A DNA stretch of 64,000 nucleotides from Alphaproteobacteria bacterium (GTDB lineage: Bacteria > Pseudomonadota > Alphaproteobacteria > UBA8366). The position numbers and the translations under genes are program-made. Position 1 is the stretch's first letter; each line of letters begins with the position of its first letter. Below are positions 29,843-39,460 of the stretch, piece by piece. Where the stretch lies: assembly GCA_965228425.1 (NCBI GenBank), contig OZ245815.1:2149857-2213856 (forward strand), given 5' to 3'. A model generated the notes under the pieces. The model searched no databases and was not told the origin of the DNA. It saw only the letters and a program-made list of their open reading frames with translations.

Positions 29843-30024
29843 GAGACAGATTTGTATCCTATTTAGGTCAAACAGAGCGCGATGGCAATGGTGATAAAGC
29901 CGCCTCCGTCTTCAGCTACAGCGTAGATCACAGAAAGTTGACTGATTTAGAAGATTATCGATATTGAAAAGAGAGACAGCTCTGTCTACTTGTGTAACAG
30001 AAAAGGAGACAGATCGGTCTCCTT
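29843..30024. promoter_or_regulatory. Three TetR-type operator copies (AGAC-N6-GTCT)
   Basis: GAGACAGATTTGTATC (29843), GAGACAGCTCTGTCTA (29973) and AAGGAGAC-AGATCG-GTCTCCTT (30003-30024, perfect 8-bp arms). Confidence 0.75.
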
Positions 30025-30052
30025 ATTGAAGGTCAAACCAAGGAGAACAGAT

Positions 30053-30607
30053 ATGTCCCGTATTTCCCCCGTTGATCACGCGGCCGCCTCGGGCGACGCC
30101 AAAGACTTGCTGGATGGCGTCAAGGGCGCGCTCGGCGTCGTGCCGAACATCTTCGCTACGATGGTTCATTCCCCGAAGGTGCTCGAAGGATTCCTGGCGC
30201 TGAACGGCGCGCTCGGCAAAGGCCTGCTTTCCGCGCAATTGCGCGAGCAGATCGCGTTGACGGTCGCCGGCGCGAACGGGTGCGACTACTGCGCCTCCGC
30301 CCACACGGCGCTTGGTAAAGGCGCAGGACTCGGCGAGCAAGAGTTGACCGACAGTCTGCACGGCCGCTCCAACGATCCCAAGGTTCAGGCAGCGTTGACG
30401 TTTGCCGCGCGCGTCGTGGCCGATCGTGGCCGGGTCGGTGATGTCGAGGTCCAGGCACTGCGCGCCGCGGGCTATGGCGATGGCGAGATCGTCGAGATCG
30501 TGACCCATGTCGCCGTCAACCTGTTCACCAACTATTTCAATCACATCGCCGACACGGATATCGATTTCCCCGTCGTGCGGTCCGACGCGGCGGCGCAAGC
30601 GGCCTAG
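30053..30607 (+). CDS. AhpD/carboxymuconolactone decarboxylase family peroxidase-related enzyme
   Basis: REQIALTVAGANGCDYCASAH (CxxC-H); AGGAG RBS. Confidence 0.9.
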   Translation: MSRISPVDHAAASGDAKDLLDGVKGALGVVPNIFATMVHSPKVLEGFLALNGALGKGLLSAQLREQIALTVAGANGCDYCASAHTALGKGAGLGEQELTDSLHGRSNDPKVQAALTFAARVVADRGRVGDVEVQALRAAGYGDGEIVEIVTHVAVNLFTNYFNHIADTDIDFPVVRSDAAAQAA

Positions 30608-30686
30608 GTATCGGCGATCCGGGCCGGTTGGTTTCCGCGCCGCCGGTCCTGTTTGCCGGTTGGATATTTCCAAAAGGATTTCCCTC

Positions 30687-31256
30687 ATGAAAAAAATGAA
30701 GTTCCTGACCTTGGTCCTCTTCACCGGGATCTTGGTCGCCACCGGCGCGGCCATCGCCCAGATGACCGAAAAATCTTTTGCCAGCGGCGTCGTTTCCGCC
30801 GACGGCGCGATCCGGTTGCCGTCCAACTTTAGGACCGACTACGTCATGCTCGGCGCATGGTCGGTGGCCGGCGACGCGGATACCGGCGGCGCCGTCGGCT
30901 TGCACGTCGTTTACGCACCGCGTAGCGCCGTTGAGGGCTACCGAAAGACCGGGACGTTTCCCGACGGCACCGTCCTGGTGAAGGAGTTATTCAAAGGAAA
31001 GACCGAGACGTTGACCACCGGCGAGGCCACGAGCGCCACGGAACAGGCCGGATACTTCGTCATGGTCAAGGATTCCAATGGTCGGTTTCCGGGTAATCCG
31101 CTGTGGGGCGACGGTTGGGGCTGGGCGTTTTTCAAGGCCGGCGAGACCACGAAACCTGTGACCAAGGACTACAAGGCCGAATGCCTAGCCTGCCATGAGC
31201 CGGTACGGTCGACCGACCTTGTTTACGACTACGCCTATCCGCTCCTGAAAAAATAG
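30687..31256 (+). CDS. Cytochrome P460-family (c'-beta-like) protein
   Basis: Signal peptide, FPDGTVLVKE, GYFVMVKD, WGDGWGWAFF and a C-terminal CLACH heme motif. Confidence 0.85.
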   Translation: MKKMKFLTLVLFTGILVATGAAIAQMTEKSFASGVVSADGAIRLPSNFRTDYVMLGAWSVAGDADTGGAVGLHVVYAPRSAVEGYRKTGTFPDGTVLVKELFKGKTETLTTGEATSATEQAGYFVMVKDSNGRFPGNPLWGDGWGWAFFKAGETTKPVTKDYKAECLACHEPVRSTDLVYDYAYPLLKK

Positions 31257-31301
31257 GGATGGGCCGGTGCCGCGCGGTTTCCCCTTCCGCGCGGCACATT
31301 T

Positions 31302-31952
31302 TTAATTTGAATTGCCGGGTTCCGCGAAGTCTGCCGGGTGTTCCGCCATCAGGTTGTCGTCGAGTTCCGTCGCCTTGCGATAGGCGTCCCGATCGGTGAC
31401 CCGGGCCCAATAGGCCTCGAAGGCGGGGCGTTTGTCGATCGAACCGAACTGCATGCCCCAGCCGACATGGGCACCGATATAGACGTCGGCGGCGGTGAAA
31501 TTTTCCCCGAGTATGAAACCGTCGCCGGAGAGCGCCGCTTCCAGCGTCGCTTGCGTCCGTTCGAACGTGCCGTAGCCGGACATTTTCTGCGCGTCGCCTT
31601 CCGGGATGAATCCCATGGCTTTGTTCGTCGCGGCGGCTTCCAACGGGCCGGCGGCGAAGAACAGCCAGCGGTAATACGGCCCGCGCTCATCCAGGGGCGG
31701 GGCGAGGCCGGCGTCGGGATACGTGTCGGCGAGATAGGCGCAGATCGCCGCGCACTCCGTGACGACGGTATCGCCGTGGCACAGCGTCGGCACCTTGCCC
31801 ATCGGGTTAATCGTCAAATAGTCCTGGGTCTTCATCGCGTCGCCGTAGTCCAACACGTTGACTCGATAGGAAGCGCCCACTTCTTCCAGCATCCATCGCG
31901 CGATTCGGCCGCGCGACATGGGATGGGTATGGAGGATGATCTCGTCCGGCAT
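31302..31952 (-). CDS. Glutathione S-transferase
   Basis: PMSRGRIARWMLEE, INPMGKVPTL, TECAAICAYL and FTAADVY. Confidence 0.92.
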   Translation of the reverse strand: MPDEIILHTHPMSRGRIARWMLEEVGASYRVNVLDYGDAMKTQDYLTINPMGKVPTLCHGDTVVTECAAICAYLADTYPDAGLAPPLDERGPYYRWLFFAAGPLEAAATNKAMGFIPEGDAQKMSGYGTFERTQATLEAALSGDGFILGENFTAADVYIGAHVGWGMQFGSIDKRPAFEAYWARVTDRDAYRKATELDDNLMAEHPADFAEPGNSN

Positions 31953-32124
31953 GGTGCACGCCTCAGGTTGATGAATGATCGGGTCAAACTATAGCCCGGG
32001 TGTATTTCCATTTTGAGATGATATTGCACCGGCGCACCCAGGGCCGCATGCCGGACTGGATTCCACGCCCGCGACCCGTACAATCCGGTGCGGGTTATCG
32101 CGGGTATATATAGGAGATCGTGAC

Positions 32125-33627
32125 ATGAGCGTTGCAACGGATGTGGATGGATCGGCGCCGCGCAAGGTACGGATGCTGATCGGCGGCGCTTGGGTGGACA
32201 GCGCCGGTGGCGGCGACCTTGCGGTCGAGAATCCGGGCAACCGGTCGGTCATTGCGCATATTCCGCGTGGCGGCGAGGCGGATGTCGATCGTGCCGTCAC
32301 CGCAGCGGCCGACGCCTTCAAGACATGGTCCAAAACGGTGCCGCGCGACCGCGGCCGGATCCTGATGAAGATCGCCGACGCGGTCGAGGCGCGGGTCGAG
32401 GAACTGGCCCGTATCGTCGCCGAGGAGACCGGCAACGCGATCCGCACGCAAGCCCGGCCCGAGGCGAACGGTGTCGCTGATATATTCCGTTATTTCGGTG
32501 GGTTGGCGAGCGAACTTAAAGGAGAAACGATTCCCTTCGGCGAGCATGTCCTGAGCTATACCCGCCGCGACCCAATCGGCGTGGTCGGCGCGATCATTCC
32601 CTGGAATGCGCCGGTGATGCTGGGTGCATTGAAGATCGCGCCCGCGCTCTGCGCGGGCAACACGCTGGTGCTGAAAGCGGCCGAGGATGCGCCGCTCGGT
32701 GTTCTATGGATGGCGGCGATTTGCCAGGATTTCCTGCCGGATGGTGTGTTGAACGTGGTCACCGGCCTCGGCGAGGAATGCGGCGCCGCGCTGTCCAAGC
32801 ATCCGGGCGTCCGCAAGCTTTCCTTCACCGGGTCGACGGACGTGGGCAAGCTGATCATGCGCGAGGCGGCGGCGCGGATCGTGCCGGTCTCGCTCGAACT
32901 CGGGGGTAAGAGCCCATCGATCGTCTATCCGGACGCCAACGAGGATTGGGTCGTCGACGGTATCATCGCCGCCATGCGCTTTACCCGGCAGAGTCAATCC
33001 TGCACCGCCGGGTCGCGGCTGTTCCTGCATGCGGACATTTTCGACAGTTTCCTGGGCAAGCTGGCCGACAAGGTCAAGACGCTGAAGATCGGCGACCCGC
33101 TGGACGAGGAAACCGACATGGGGGCGGTGATCAACGAAAAGCAGTTCCGCAAAGTCTGCGGCTATGTGGAGGAGGGGATCAAGCAGCCCGATGCCGAATT
33201 GCTGTTCGGCGGCATGCCTCCGGACGCCGGCCCGCTGAGCGAGGGATACTTTGCGATCCCCACCGTCTTCGCCAACCCGTCGAACGAGTGGCGGCTGGCG
33301 CGGGAGGAGATTTTCGGCCCCGTCCTCTGCGCCATACGTTGGACCGATGAGGACGAGGTGATCCGGATGGCGAACGAGAGCCATTATGGCCTCGCGGCCT
33401 ATGTCTGGACCCACGACATCGGCCGGGCCTTGCGTGCGGCGCATGCCATCGAAGCTGGCTGGGTACAGGTAAATCAGGGGCTCGGACAGTCGCCGGGGCA
33501 TTCCTATGGCGGCACCAAGCAGTCCGGGATCGGCCGGGAATTCTCCCTCGAGGGGATGCTCGACAGTTTCACCCAGCGGAAGAACGTGACCGTCAACGTC
33601 AATACGCCGTCGGGTCCGCTGACATAG
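32125..33627 (+). CDS. Aldehyde dehydrogenase family protein
   Basis: IIPWNAP, FTGST, LELGGKSP, QSCTAGSR and EEIFGPV. Confidence 0.93.
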   Translation: MSVATDVDGSAPRKVRMLIGGAWVDSAGGGDLAVENPGNRSVIAHIPRGGEADVDRAVTAAADAFKTWSKTVPRDRGRILMKIADAVEARVEELARIVAEETGNAIRTQARPEANGVADIFRYFGGLASELKGETIPFGEHVLSYTRRDPIGVVGAIIPWNAPVMLGALKIAPALCAGNTLVLKAAEDAPLGVLWMAAICQDFLPDGVLNVVTGLGEECGAALSKHPGVRKLSFTGSTDVGKLIMREAAARIVPVSLELGGKSPSIVYPDANEDWVVDGIIAAMRFTRQSQSCTAGSRLFLHADIFDSFLGKLADKVKTLKIGDPLDEETDMGAVINEKQFRKVCGYVEEGIKQPDAELLFGGMPPDAGPLSEGYFAIPTVFANPSNEWRLAREEIFGPVLCAIRWTDEDEVIRMANESHYGLAAYVWTHDIGRALRAAHAIEAGWVQVNQGLGQSPGHSYGGTKQSGIGREFSLEGMLDSFTQRKNVTVNVNTPSGPLT

Positions 33628-33644
33628 CCGTCGAATGTGATCCG

Positions 33645-34430
33645 CTAGGCCGCGAAGTCGATTTCGACCCGCGCGCGATCCCCGAAATGCGCGACGACCT
33701 GTGCGCCGCTCTTGACCGGGAACATGCCGGTGCAGGATCCGGTGCTGATCGTTTCACTCGATTGCAGACCCATGCCGCGGCCGCGCAACGTTTCGGCGAG
33801 CCAGTGCAACGGTGTGATCGGGTCGCCCATGACGTCATGCCCGGTACCGTGGCGTCGTGCTTGTCCATCGACGTCCAGAACAACGGCCACATCGGACAAA
33901 CCATTCCGCCAATCCGGTATCTCGTGTCCGAACACGTAGCGGCCCGACGCAGCGCCATCCGCGAGAATGGCGGGCAGCGGGGGCAGGGCGTTGTTCGGAA
34001 AACGGCATTCGGCGACCTCGATCCCGGCGCGAACCGTTCCGATCGCCGACCGGACGTCGTCGAGCGACCAGGGCGTATCGCGCGGTGGGAGATCCTGCGC
34101 CAGCGTCACGAAGAATTCGCACTCGACGAGCGGATCGAGCAGGTCGCCGTGCTGCAACGTGCACGGCGATTTGTGGGCAAATCGGCGATAGGTACGGCCG
34201 TAGATCGGCGCCTCAATACGCAGCTTCTCCCGCACCGCCCGCGTCGTGCCGGCGATTTTCCAGCCCAAAGGGTCCCATCCCAGCCGGTCGGCGATGTCGA
34301 CCGCCATCGCATAACCATCCGCGTTGGACTGAGGCACCAAGTCGTTCGGCAACGCATTGATTTGCGATGCGCTTGCTCTCGCGTCGGCCAACAGCGCGGC
34401 GAGACCTTGCCCGCCGGGTCGGTCGCTCAT
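33645..34430 (-). CDS. 2-keto-4-pentenoate hydratase-like protein (FAH fold)
   Basis: GWKIAGT, VECEF, GIEVAECR and ISTGSCTG. Confidence 0.85.
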   Translation of the reverse strand: MSDRPGGQGLAALLADARASASQINALPNDLVPQSNADGYAMAVDIADRLGWDPLGWKIAGTTRAVREKLRIEAPIYGRTYRRFAHKSPCTLQHGDLLDPLVECEFFVTLAQDLPPRDTPWSLDDVRSAIGTVRAGIEVAECRFPNNALPPLPAILADGAASGRYVFGHEIPDWRNGLSDVAVVLDVDGQARRHGTGHDVMGDPITPLHWLAETLRGRGMGLQSSETISTGSCTGMFPVKSGAQVVAHFGDRARVEIDFAA

Positions 34431-34808
34431 CTACAGCCAGGTCGCCTTGCTGCCGAGCAGCGTCACGGTGATATGGCCCATCGTCGTGTCGGCCTTCGCA
34501 CCATGCCAATGTTTCTCACCGGCCTTGATATGCACCACGTCGCCGGGATTGATCTCGATTTCCTCGTCCTCGTTCGCCACCATGCCGGAGCCGTGCGTCA
34601 CGACGAGGATTTGGTCGCAGTCGTGGATGTGCCAGCCGGTCGTCGAGCCCAAGCTGAAATTGACGACGCTGCAGTTGTAGTTTTCCGAATCCCCGGACGG
34701 GATGATCGTCTGGCGCGACCGGGTGACCTTGCCGCCGCTCCAGCCGGCGATCGGCGTGGCTTCGCCGAGATCTTCTTCCGGGATGTCGTTCAGTGTGACC
34801 ACTTTCAT
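34431..34808 (-). CDS. Cupin domain protein
   Basis: GWHIHDCDQIL and GDVVHIKAGEKHWHGA. Confidence 0.88.
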   Translation of the reverse strand: MKVVTLNDIPEEDLGEATPIAGWSGGKVTRSRQTIIPSGDSENYNCSVVNFSLGSTTGWHIHDCDQILVVTHGSGMVANEDEEIEINPGDVVHIKAGEKHWHGAKADTTMGHITVTLLGSKATWL

Positions 34809-34857
34809 GGCGATCTCCTCTCCTTGGTTGTGTGATACGCCGAATTCGTTTTTCGGG

Positions 34858-35235
34858 TCATTGCCTCGGCTTCTTGTTGATCTTATCCATCAGCGGCGCG
34901 TCGTCGACATCCAGCTTCTCCAAGACAGCCGTCTCCGACTTTCCGTCGTAGCGGCAAAGATAGCTGTAAACCTTCGACACGCCCGCGATATCCGTCATGG
35001 AAACGCGGCCTTCGACGATGGATGTCTGCGTTGCTGGATCCGCCCGCTGCCGTGTGCCGATCTTGAAGCTGACGTCGCCGGGCCGTTCGGATTTTTCGCG
35101 AACCTTTTCCCGGCAGGCTTCGACGGCGGCAGCTTCGAGACGATAGCGGTCCCGCGTCCCTTCATCGAAATGCGACTTGAGGAAATACGGCACGGTTACC
35201 ACCAGCGCGACCAGCCAGAGAAGTTTCTTGCTCAT
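34858..35235 (-). CDS. Hypothetical exported or membrane-anchored protein
   Basis: Hydrophobic N-terminus and two Cys; lies in-line within the operon. Confidence 0.6.
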   Translation of the reverse strand: MSKKLLWLVALVVTVPYFLKSHFDEGTRDRYRLEAAAVEACREKVREKSERPGDVSFKIGTRQRADPATQTSIVEGRVSMTDIAGVSKVYSYLCRYDGKSETAVLEKLDVDDAPLMDKINKKPRQ

Positions 35236-35256
35236 GCGTGCTGCGGGTCCCGTCCG

Positions 35257-36054
35257 TCAGAGTTTTTCGCGGATGCCCGCGGTCCATTGCCGGGCCGATG
35301 CGGATAGGAAGGCAATATCGGTCTGGGTCGTCAGGAACTGCGCCCCACGCCGGACGATTGCCGCTTGCCGCTCGATGTCGCGATTACCGCCGCACCCGGC
35401 GAATTTTCCATGCGTCTTCGCCGCATCGATGACACGGTTCTGAGCCTCGACGATGTCCGGGTCGTCGAACTGGCCGGGCTTGCCCATGTCCAGCAGCAGG
35501 TCGTTGGACCCGACATGGAGGACGTCCACGCCGTCGACCGCCGCGATGGCGTCGGCATTCTTGACGCCTTCGATCGTTTCGATCATGCAAACGATGAGCG
35601 TGCTGGCGTTCAGTTGCGCGACCATGTCGCCGACCGGGACCGGCCGGTAGTCGAACTGCGGCATGCTGCCGCCGGCGGACCGCTTGCCGACCGGCGGGAA
35701 TTTGCAGGTGTCGACGGCGCGCCGGGCTTCCGCCGCGGTGTTCACGTCGGGGAAGACGATCCCGTTCACGCCGTTGTCGAGCAGCATGGAGACATCCGGG
35801 TCGTCGACGCTGCGCACGCGAACGAGCGGCGCGATACCGATCGCCAGCGCGGCATTTGCGATATGCGCGATCGTCTCGAGATCGAAAATGCCGTGCTGGA
35901 CATCGATGAAGACGAAGTCATGCCCGGTCGTCTTGGCAATTCGGGCAATATCCGCGGACCGTCCCAACCGGACGTTCATGCCGAGTGCGACATCGCCCGA
36001 CCGCATGCGATCGAGGACGGGATTGGTCAGGTCAGGATATGTTTCGTTGGGCAA
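35257..36054 (-). CDS. HpcH/HpaI aldolase family protein
   Basis: DFVFIDVQHG, VRV, KFPPVGKR, MIETIEGV and HVGSNDL. Confidence 0.9.
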   Translation of the reverse strand: MPNETYPDLTNPVLDRMRSGDVALGMNVRLGRSADIARIAKTTGHDFVFIDVQHGIFDLETIAHIANAALAIGIAPLVRVRSVDDPDVSMLLDNGVNGIVFPDVNTAAEARRAVDTCKFPPVGKRSAGGSMPQFDYRPVPVGDMVAQLNASTLIVCMIETIEGVKNADAIAAVDGVDVLHVGSNDLLLDMGKPGQFDDPDIVEAQNRVIDAAKTHGKFAGCGGNRDIERQAAIVRRGAQFLTTQTDIAFLSASARQWTAGIREKL

Positions 36055-36233
36055 GGCGCTAATCCCCGTGCGTTTTTCGATTAAGGGCCGGAATCGTATT
36101 GATCAGTGTATCGTGTTTTTCCCTTCCGACCGAAATAACGTAGGGTATTGCGACTAGGGACGGCGGCCGCATGCGACAGGCTACCGGGTCCTATCCGCGG
36201 CGCAACCGCGCCGACTGATCAGAAAAAGCGACG

Positions 36234-37772
36234 ATGAGCGCGACCAGCGCAGAACAGGACGGGGCGGACCTATCACCGCGCCAACGGTTCCTGGTAGGGC
36301 TTGCCATCATGCCGGCGGGCGCGATGCAGGCGACCGATACCTTCGCCACCAGCATCGCCATGCCGACCATGATGGGGGCGCTGTCGGCGACGATCACCGA
36401 GATTTCCTGGGTCATCACGGCGTATCTCGTGGCGTCCGCCATGTTCACGCCGCTTTACGCCTGGCTGAGCCGGCGGGTGGGGCGGCGTCGGTTGTTCATC
36501 GCTGTGATCATCGGCTTCATGGTGGCATCGCTGTTCGTCTCGCTATCCGAGACGCTGACGGAGCTCGTCGTTCTCCGCTTCGTCCAGGGATTCTTCGGGG
36601 CGGGTCTGAACCCGCTCACCTTCCAAATGGTGCTCGCGACCTTTCCCAAAAAGCACCACGGCCCCGCCTTCGGATGGCTTCAGACGGGACGGATGAGCGC
36701 CGTCCTCGTCGGACCGGTGATCGGTGGGTTGTTGACGGAATTGATCGGTTGGCGCTCGGTTTACCTGATGAACCTGCCGTTGGGCGCGGCCGCGTTGATC
36801 ATGATCCTGCGTGTCGTCCCGAAGGATGCGCCGGAGCGCCCGCAGCAGTTCGACTTCTTCGGCTTCTTCGCCCTCAGCATCGCCATTGCCAGCACCCAGT
36901 TGATGCTGGATCAGGGGCAGAAGCGGGATTGGTTCGATTCGGAGGTGATCGTAACCTACTGCATCATCTCGGCCGGCGCTTTCTATGTGTTTGCAATACA
37001 TTGCACGACAGCGTTGCGGCCTTACCTGAATCCTCGGGTCTTCCGAAACCGGGAATTCGTGATCGGCCTGGTGATCGATTTCTTCGTCAGTTTCATGTTC
37101 TTCGGATATATGGCGCTGTTGCCGCCGCTGCTGCAGCGGCAACTGGGTTTTCCCGTTGTCGAGACGGGGTTCGTTCTGATGTACCGCGGTTTCGGCACCA
37201 TGGTGGCGGCATTGTTGGCCGGGTTCCTGCTCATCCGGATCAGCCCGCGGCCGCTGATCACATTCGGCCTGTTGGCCGTCGCGGGGTCCACCTGGATTCT
37301 GTCCAGCCTGACCCCGGCGACCGATGTGACCCCGATTATCGTCGCCATCATGCTGCAGGGAATCGGCATCGGGTTCATGTCGACGCCGACCGAGACGGCG
37401 GCGTTTCAGACCATGCCGCCAGCGCTTCGCCCGGACGCCGCCAGCGTCATGACCGCGGTGCGCCGGATCGCGGCCGGAATCGGCGTGGCGCTATTGATCG
37501 CCCAATTGGTCAACAGTACGCAGCGGGCGCGCGCCGGGCTGACCGAGAATGTGAGCCATTACAACGAACGCTTAAAGCATCTTCCGCTGCCGGATAATTG
37601 GACGATGGACAATATCGACGGCATGGTGACGCTGAACCGGGTGATCGAAAAGCAAGCGGAATTCATCGCCTATCTGCACGATTTCCAAATCATGACCGTC
37701 TTTGCGCTTTGCGTGCTGCCGTTGCTCCTGTTGATGAGAACACAACCGGCGGAGGACGGCGCGGCCCGTTAG
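36234..37772 (+). CDS. DHA2-family MFS efflux transporter
   Basis: About 14 hydrophobic segments; WVITAYLV, GPVIGG and QLMLDQGQKRDWFDS. Confidence 0.9.
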   Translation: MSATSAEQDGADLSPRQRFLVGLAIMPAGAMQATDTFATSIAMPTMMGALSATITEISWVITAYLVASAMFTPLYAWLSRRVGRRRLFIAVIIGFMVASLFVSLSETLTELVVLRFVQGFFGAGLNPLTFQMVLATFPKKHHGPAFGWLQTGRMSAVLVGPVIGGLLTELIGWRSVYLMNLPLGAAALIMILRVVPKDAPERPQQFDFFGFFALSIAIASTQLMLDQGQKRDWFDSEVIVTYCIISAGAFYVFAIHCTTALRPYLNPRVFRNREFVIGLVIDFFVSFMFFGYMALLPPLLQRQLGFPVVETGFVLMYRGFGTMVAALLAGFLLIRISPRPLITFGLLAVAGSTWILSSLTPATDVTPIIVAIMLQGIGIGFMSTPTETAAFQTMPPALRPDAASVMTAVRRIAAGIGVALLIAQLVNSTQRARAGLTENVSHYNERLKHLPLPDNWTMDNIDGMVTLNRVIEKQAEFIAYLHDFQIMTVFALCVLPLLLLMRTQPAEDGAAR

Positions 37773-37785
37773 AACGCGGATGCGC

Positions 37786-38676
37786 CTATTTCTTCGTTAG
37801 GAAATCGGCCAAGAGGTCGAACACGAGCCGGATTCGGCGGCTGGTATGAAGCTCGCGATGGGTCGTCAGCCAAATCGGGAAGATGAACGGGTCCATGTCC
37901 GGCAGGATCCGTTCGATGCCCGGCGCATCCGCGGCAACCTCGTCCGACATCACGATAATGCCGAGTCCATGACGGGCCATTTCCCAGGCGACGACGCCGC
38001 TTTCCGATCCCAACCGAAAGTTATCGCGGGTGAGGGACAGGCCGAACGCGTTCAACCGTTCGATCATCCGGTTGTTATCGCCGAACCCGATAAACGGATG
38101 GTCGGAAAGCGCGTCAAGCGATTCGGGGCGGCCATGCCGGTCGAGATAGCATTTCGCGGCATAGAAATGCGCCGTGGCGTCGCTGACATGTCGCGCGATC
38201 AGGTCGGGCTGTTCGGGACGAACATGCCGGATGGCGATATCGGCCTCGCGGAGCTGCAGATCGCGAATATCGTTGGCCGCGACAATGTCGATCTCCAGTA
38301 AGGGTGCGACCTTGCGTAGCCGTTCCACGGCCGGCGGCAGGATATGGGCCGACATTACATCCGAAGCCGTGATCCGCACTTGTCCGTCGATCGTCTGCGA
38401 TTGCCCGGACGCGGTCAGCGACATTCGGCCCGCTGCGTCGCACATGGCCCGGACATGGTCCAGTAGTTCGAGGCCGGACGGCGTCAAGACGAGCGATTTG
38501 CCGACGCGGTCGAAAAGCAGAATACCAAGGTCTTCCTCCAACGCCGCGACTTGCCGGCCAAGGGTCGGTTGGGTGAGGCCGAGCGCCCGGGCCGCGGCGG
38601 AAAGCGAGCCTTCTTCGACGGTTGCCAGGAAGGCGCGCGCTTGGTTCCAGTCGAACGCAACGGATTGCCAATTCAT
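37786..38676 (-). CDS. LysR family transcriptional regulator
   Basis: DWNQARAFLA..EEGSLSAAARALGLTQPTLGRQV and READIAIR. Confidence 0.93.
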   Translation of the reverse strand: MNWQSVAFDWNQARAFLATVEEGSLSAAARALGLTQPTLGRQVAALEEDLGILLFDRVGKSLVLTPSGLELLDHVRAMCDAAGRMSLTASGQSQTIDGQVRITASDVMSAHILPPAVERLRKVAPLLEIDIVAANDIRDLQLREADIAIRHVRPEQPDLIARHVSDATAHFYAAKCYLDRHGRPESLDALSDHPFIGFGDNNRMIERLNAFGLSLTRDNFRLGSESGVVAWEMARHGLGIIVMSDEVAADAPGIERILPDMDPFIFPIWLTTHRELHTSRRIRLVFDLLADFLTKK

Positions 38677-38688
38677 GCATATATGCAT
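38675..38688. promoter_or_regulatory. Perfect palindrome at the LysR start; candidate LysR binding site
   Basis: ATGCATATATGCAT lies in the AT-rich divergent intergenic region. Confidence 0.5.
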
Positions 38689-38761
38689 ATCAGAAAGACG
38701 AAATTCGGCAATTTATATTCGACATGTGTATATGTATTTCTTCCCGCGAAGGAGACGACAC

Positions 38762-39394
38762 ATGCAGACCGCCGCAGAGTTTTGGGACAAAGTCGCGCCG
38801 AAATACGCGGAATCTCCGATCTCGGATATGGAGGCGTATACCTATACGCTGGACCGGACGCGCCGTTATCTCGCGCCGAACGATACGGTTCTGGAAGTGG
38901 GGTGCGGGACTGGATCGACCGCGTTGCTGTTGGCCGACGGAGTCGAGCACATCACGGCCAGCGATGTTTCACCCAACATGATCGCGGTGGGGGTGGAAAA
39001 GGCGCGGGAACAGGGTGTTTCGAATATCGACTTCGTTACCGCGGATCTCTTCGACAGTGTTCTCGACCGGGGCGCCTACGATGCCGTCCTGGCACACAAC
39101 ATGCTGCATCTTCTGGAAGACATTCCGGCGGCGGTACGGCGGATCGGCGGCTTGCTCAAACCCGGCGGTATTTTCATCTCCAAGACCGTTTGCCGCCCGG
39201 GGCCCGGCGCGCCGTTGAAGTTCCGGTTGATGAGGGTGATCCTGCCGTTGATGCAGATGGTCGGAAAAGCGCCCTCTGTGAATTTCATGGAGATCGAAGA
39301 CCTGGAGGATTGCATCGCATCGGCGGGGTTCGCGATCCTAGAATCCGGAAACCATCCGCCGCCCAGCCGCTACATCGTTGCTCGGAAGTTATAG
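38762..39394 (+). CDS. Class I SAM-dependent methyltransferase
   Basis: VLEVGCGTG, DVSPNMI and LLKPGGIF; GGAG RBS. Confidence 0.9.
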   Translation: MQTAAEFWDKVAPKYAESPISDMEAYTYTLDRTRRYLAPNDTVLEVGCGTGSTALLLADGVEHITASDVSPNMIAVGVEKAREQGVSNIDFVTADLFDSVLDRGAYDAVLAHNMLHLLEDIPAAVRRIGGLLKPGGIFISKTVCRPGPGAPLKFRLMRVILPLMQMVGKAPSVNFMEIEDLEDCIASAGFAILESGNHPPPSRYIVARKL

Positions 39395-39460
39395 GTCGTC
39401 GCGCGCCGCGTGATACGCTGGTCGCCGGAAAGACGCGCGCACAGAAAACACGGCGGCACT

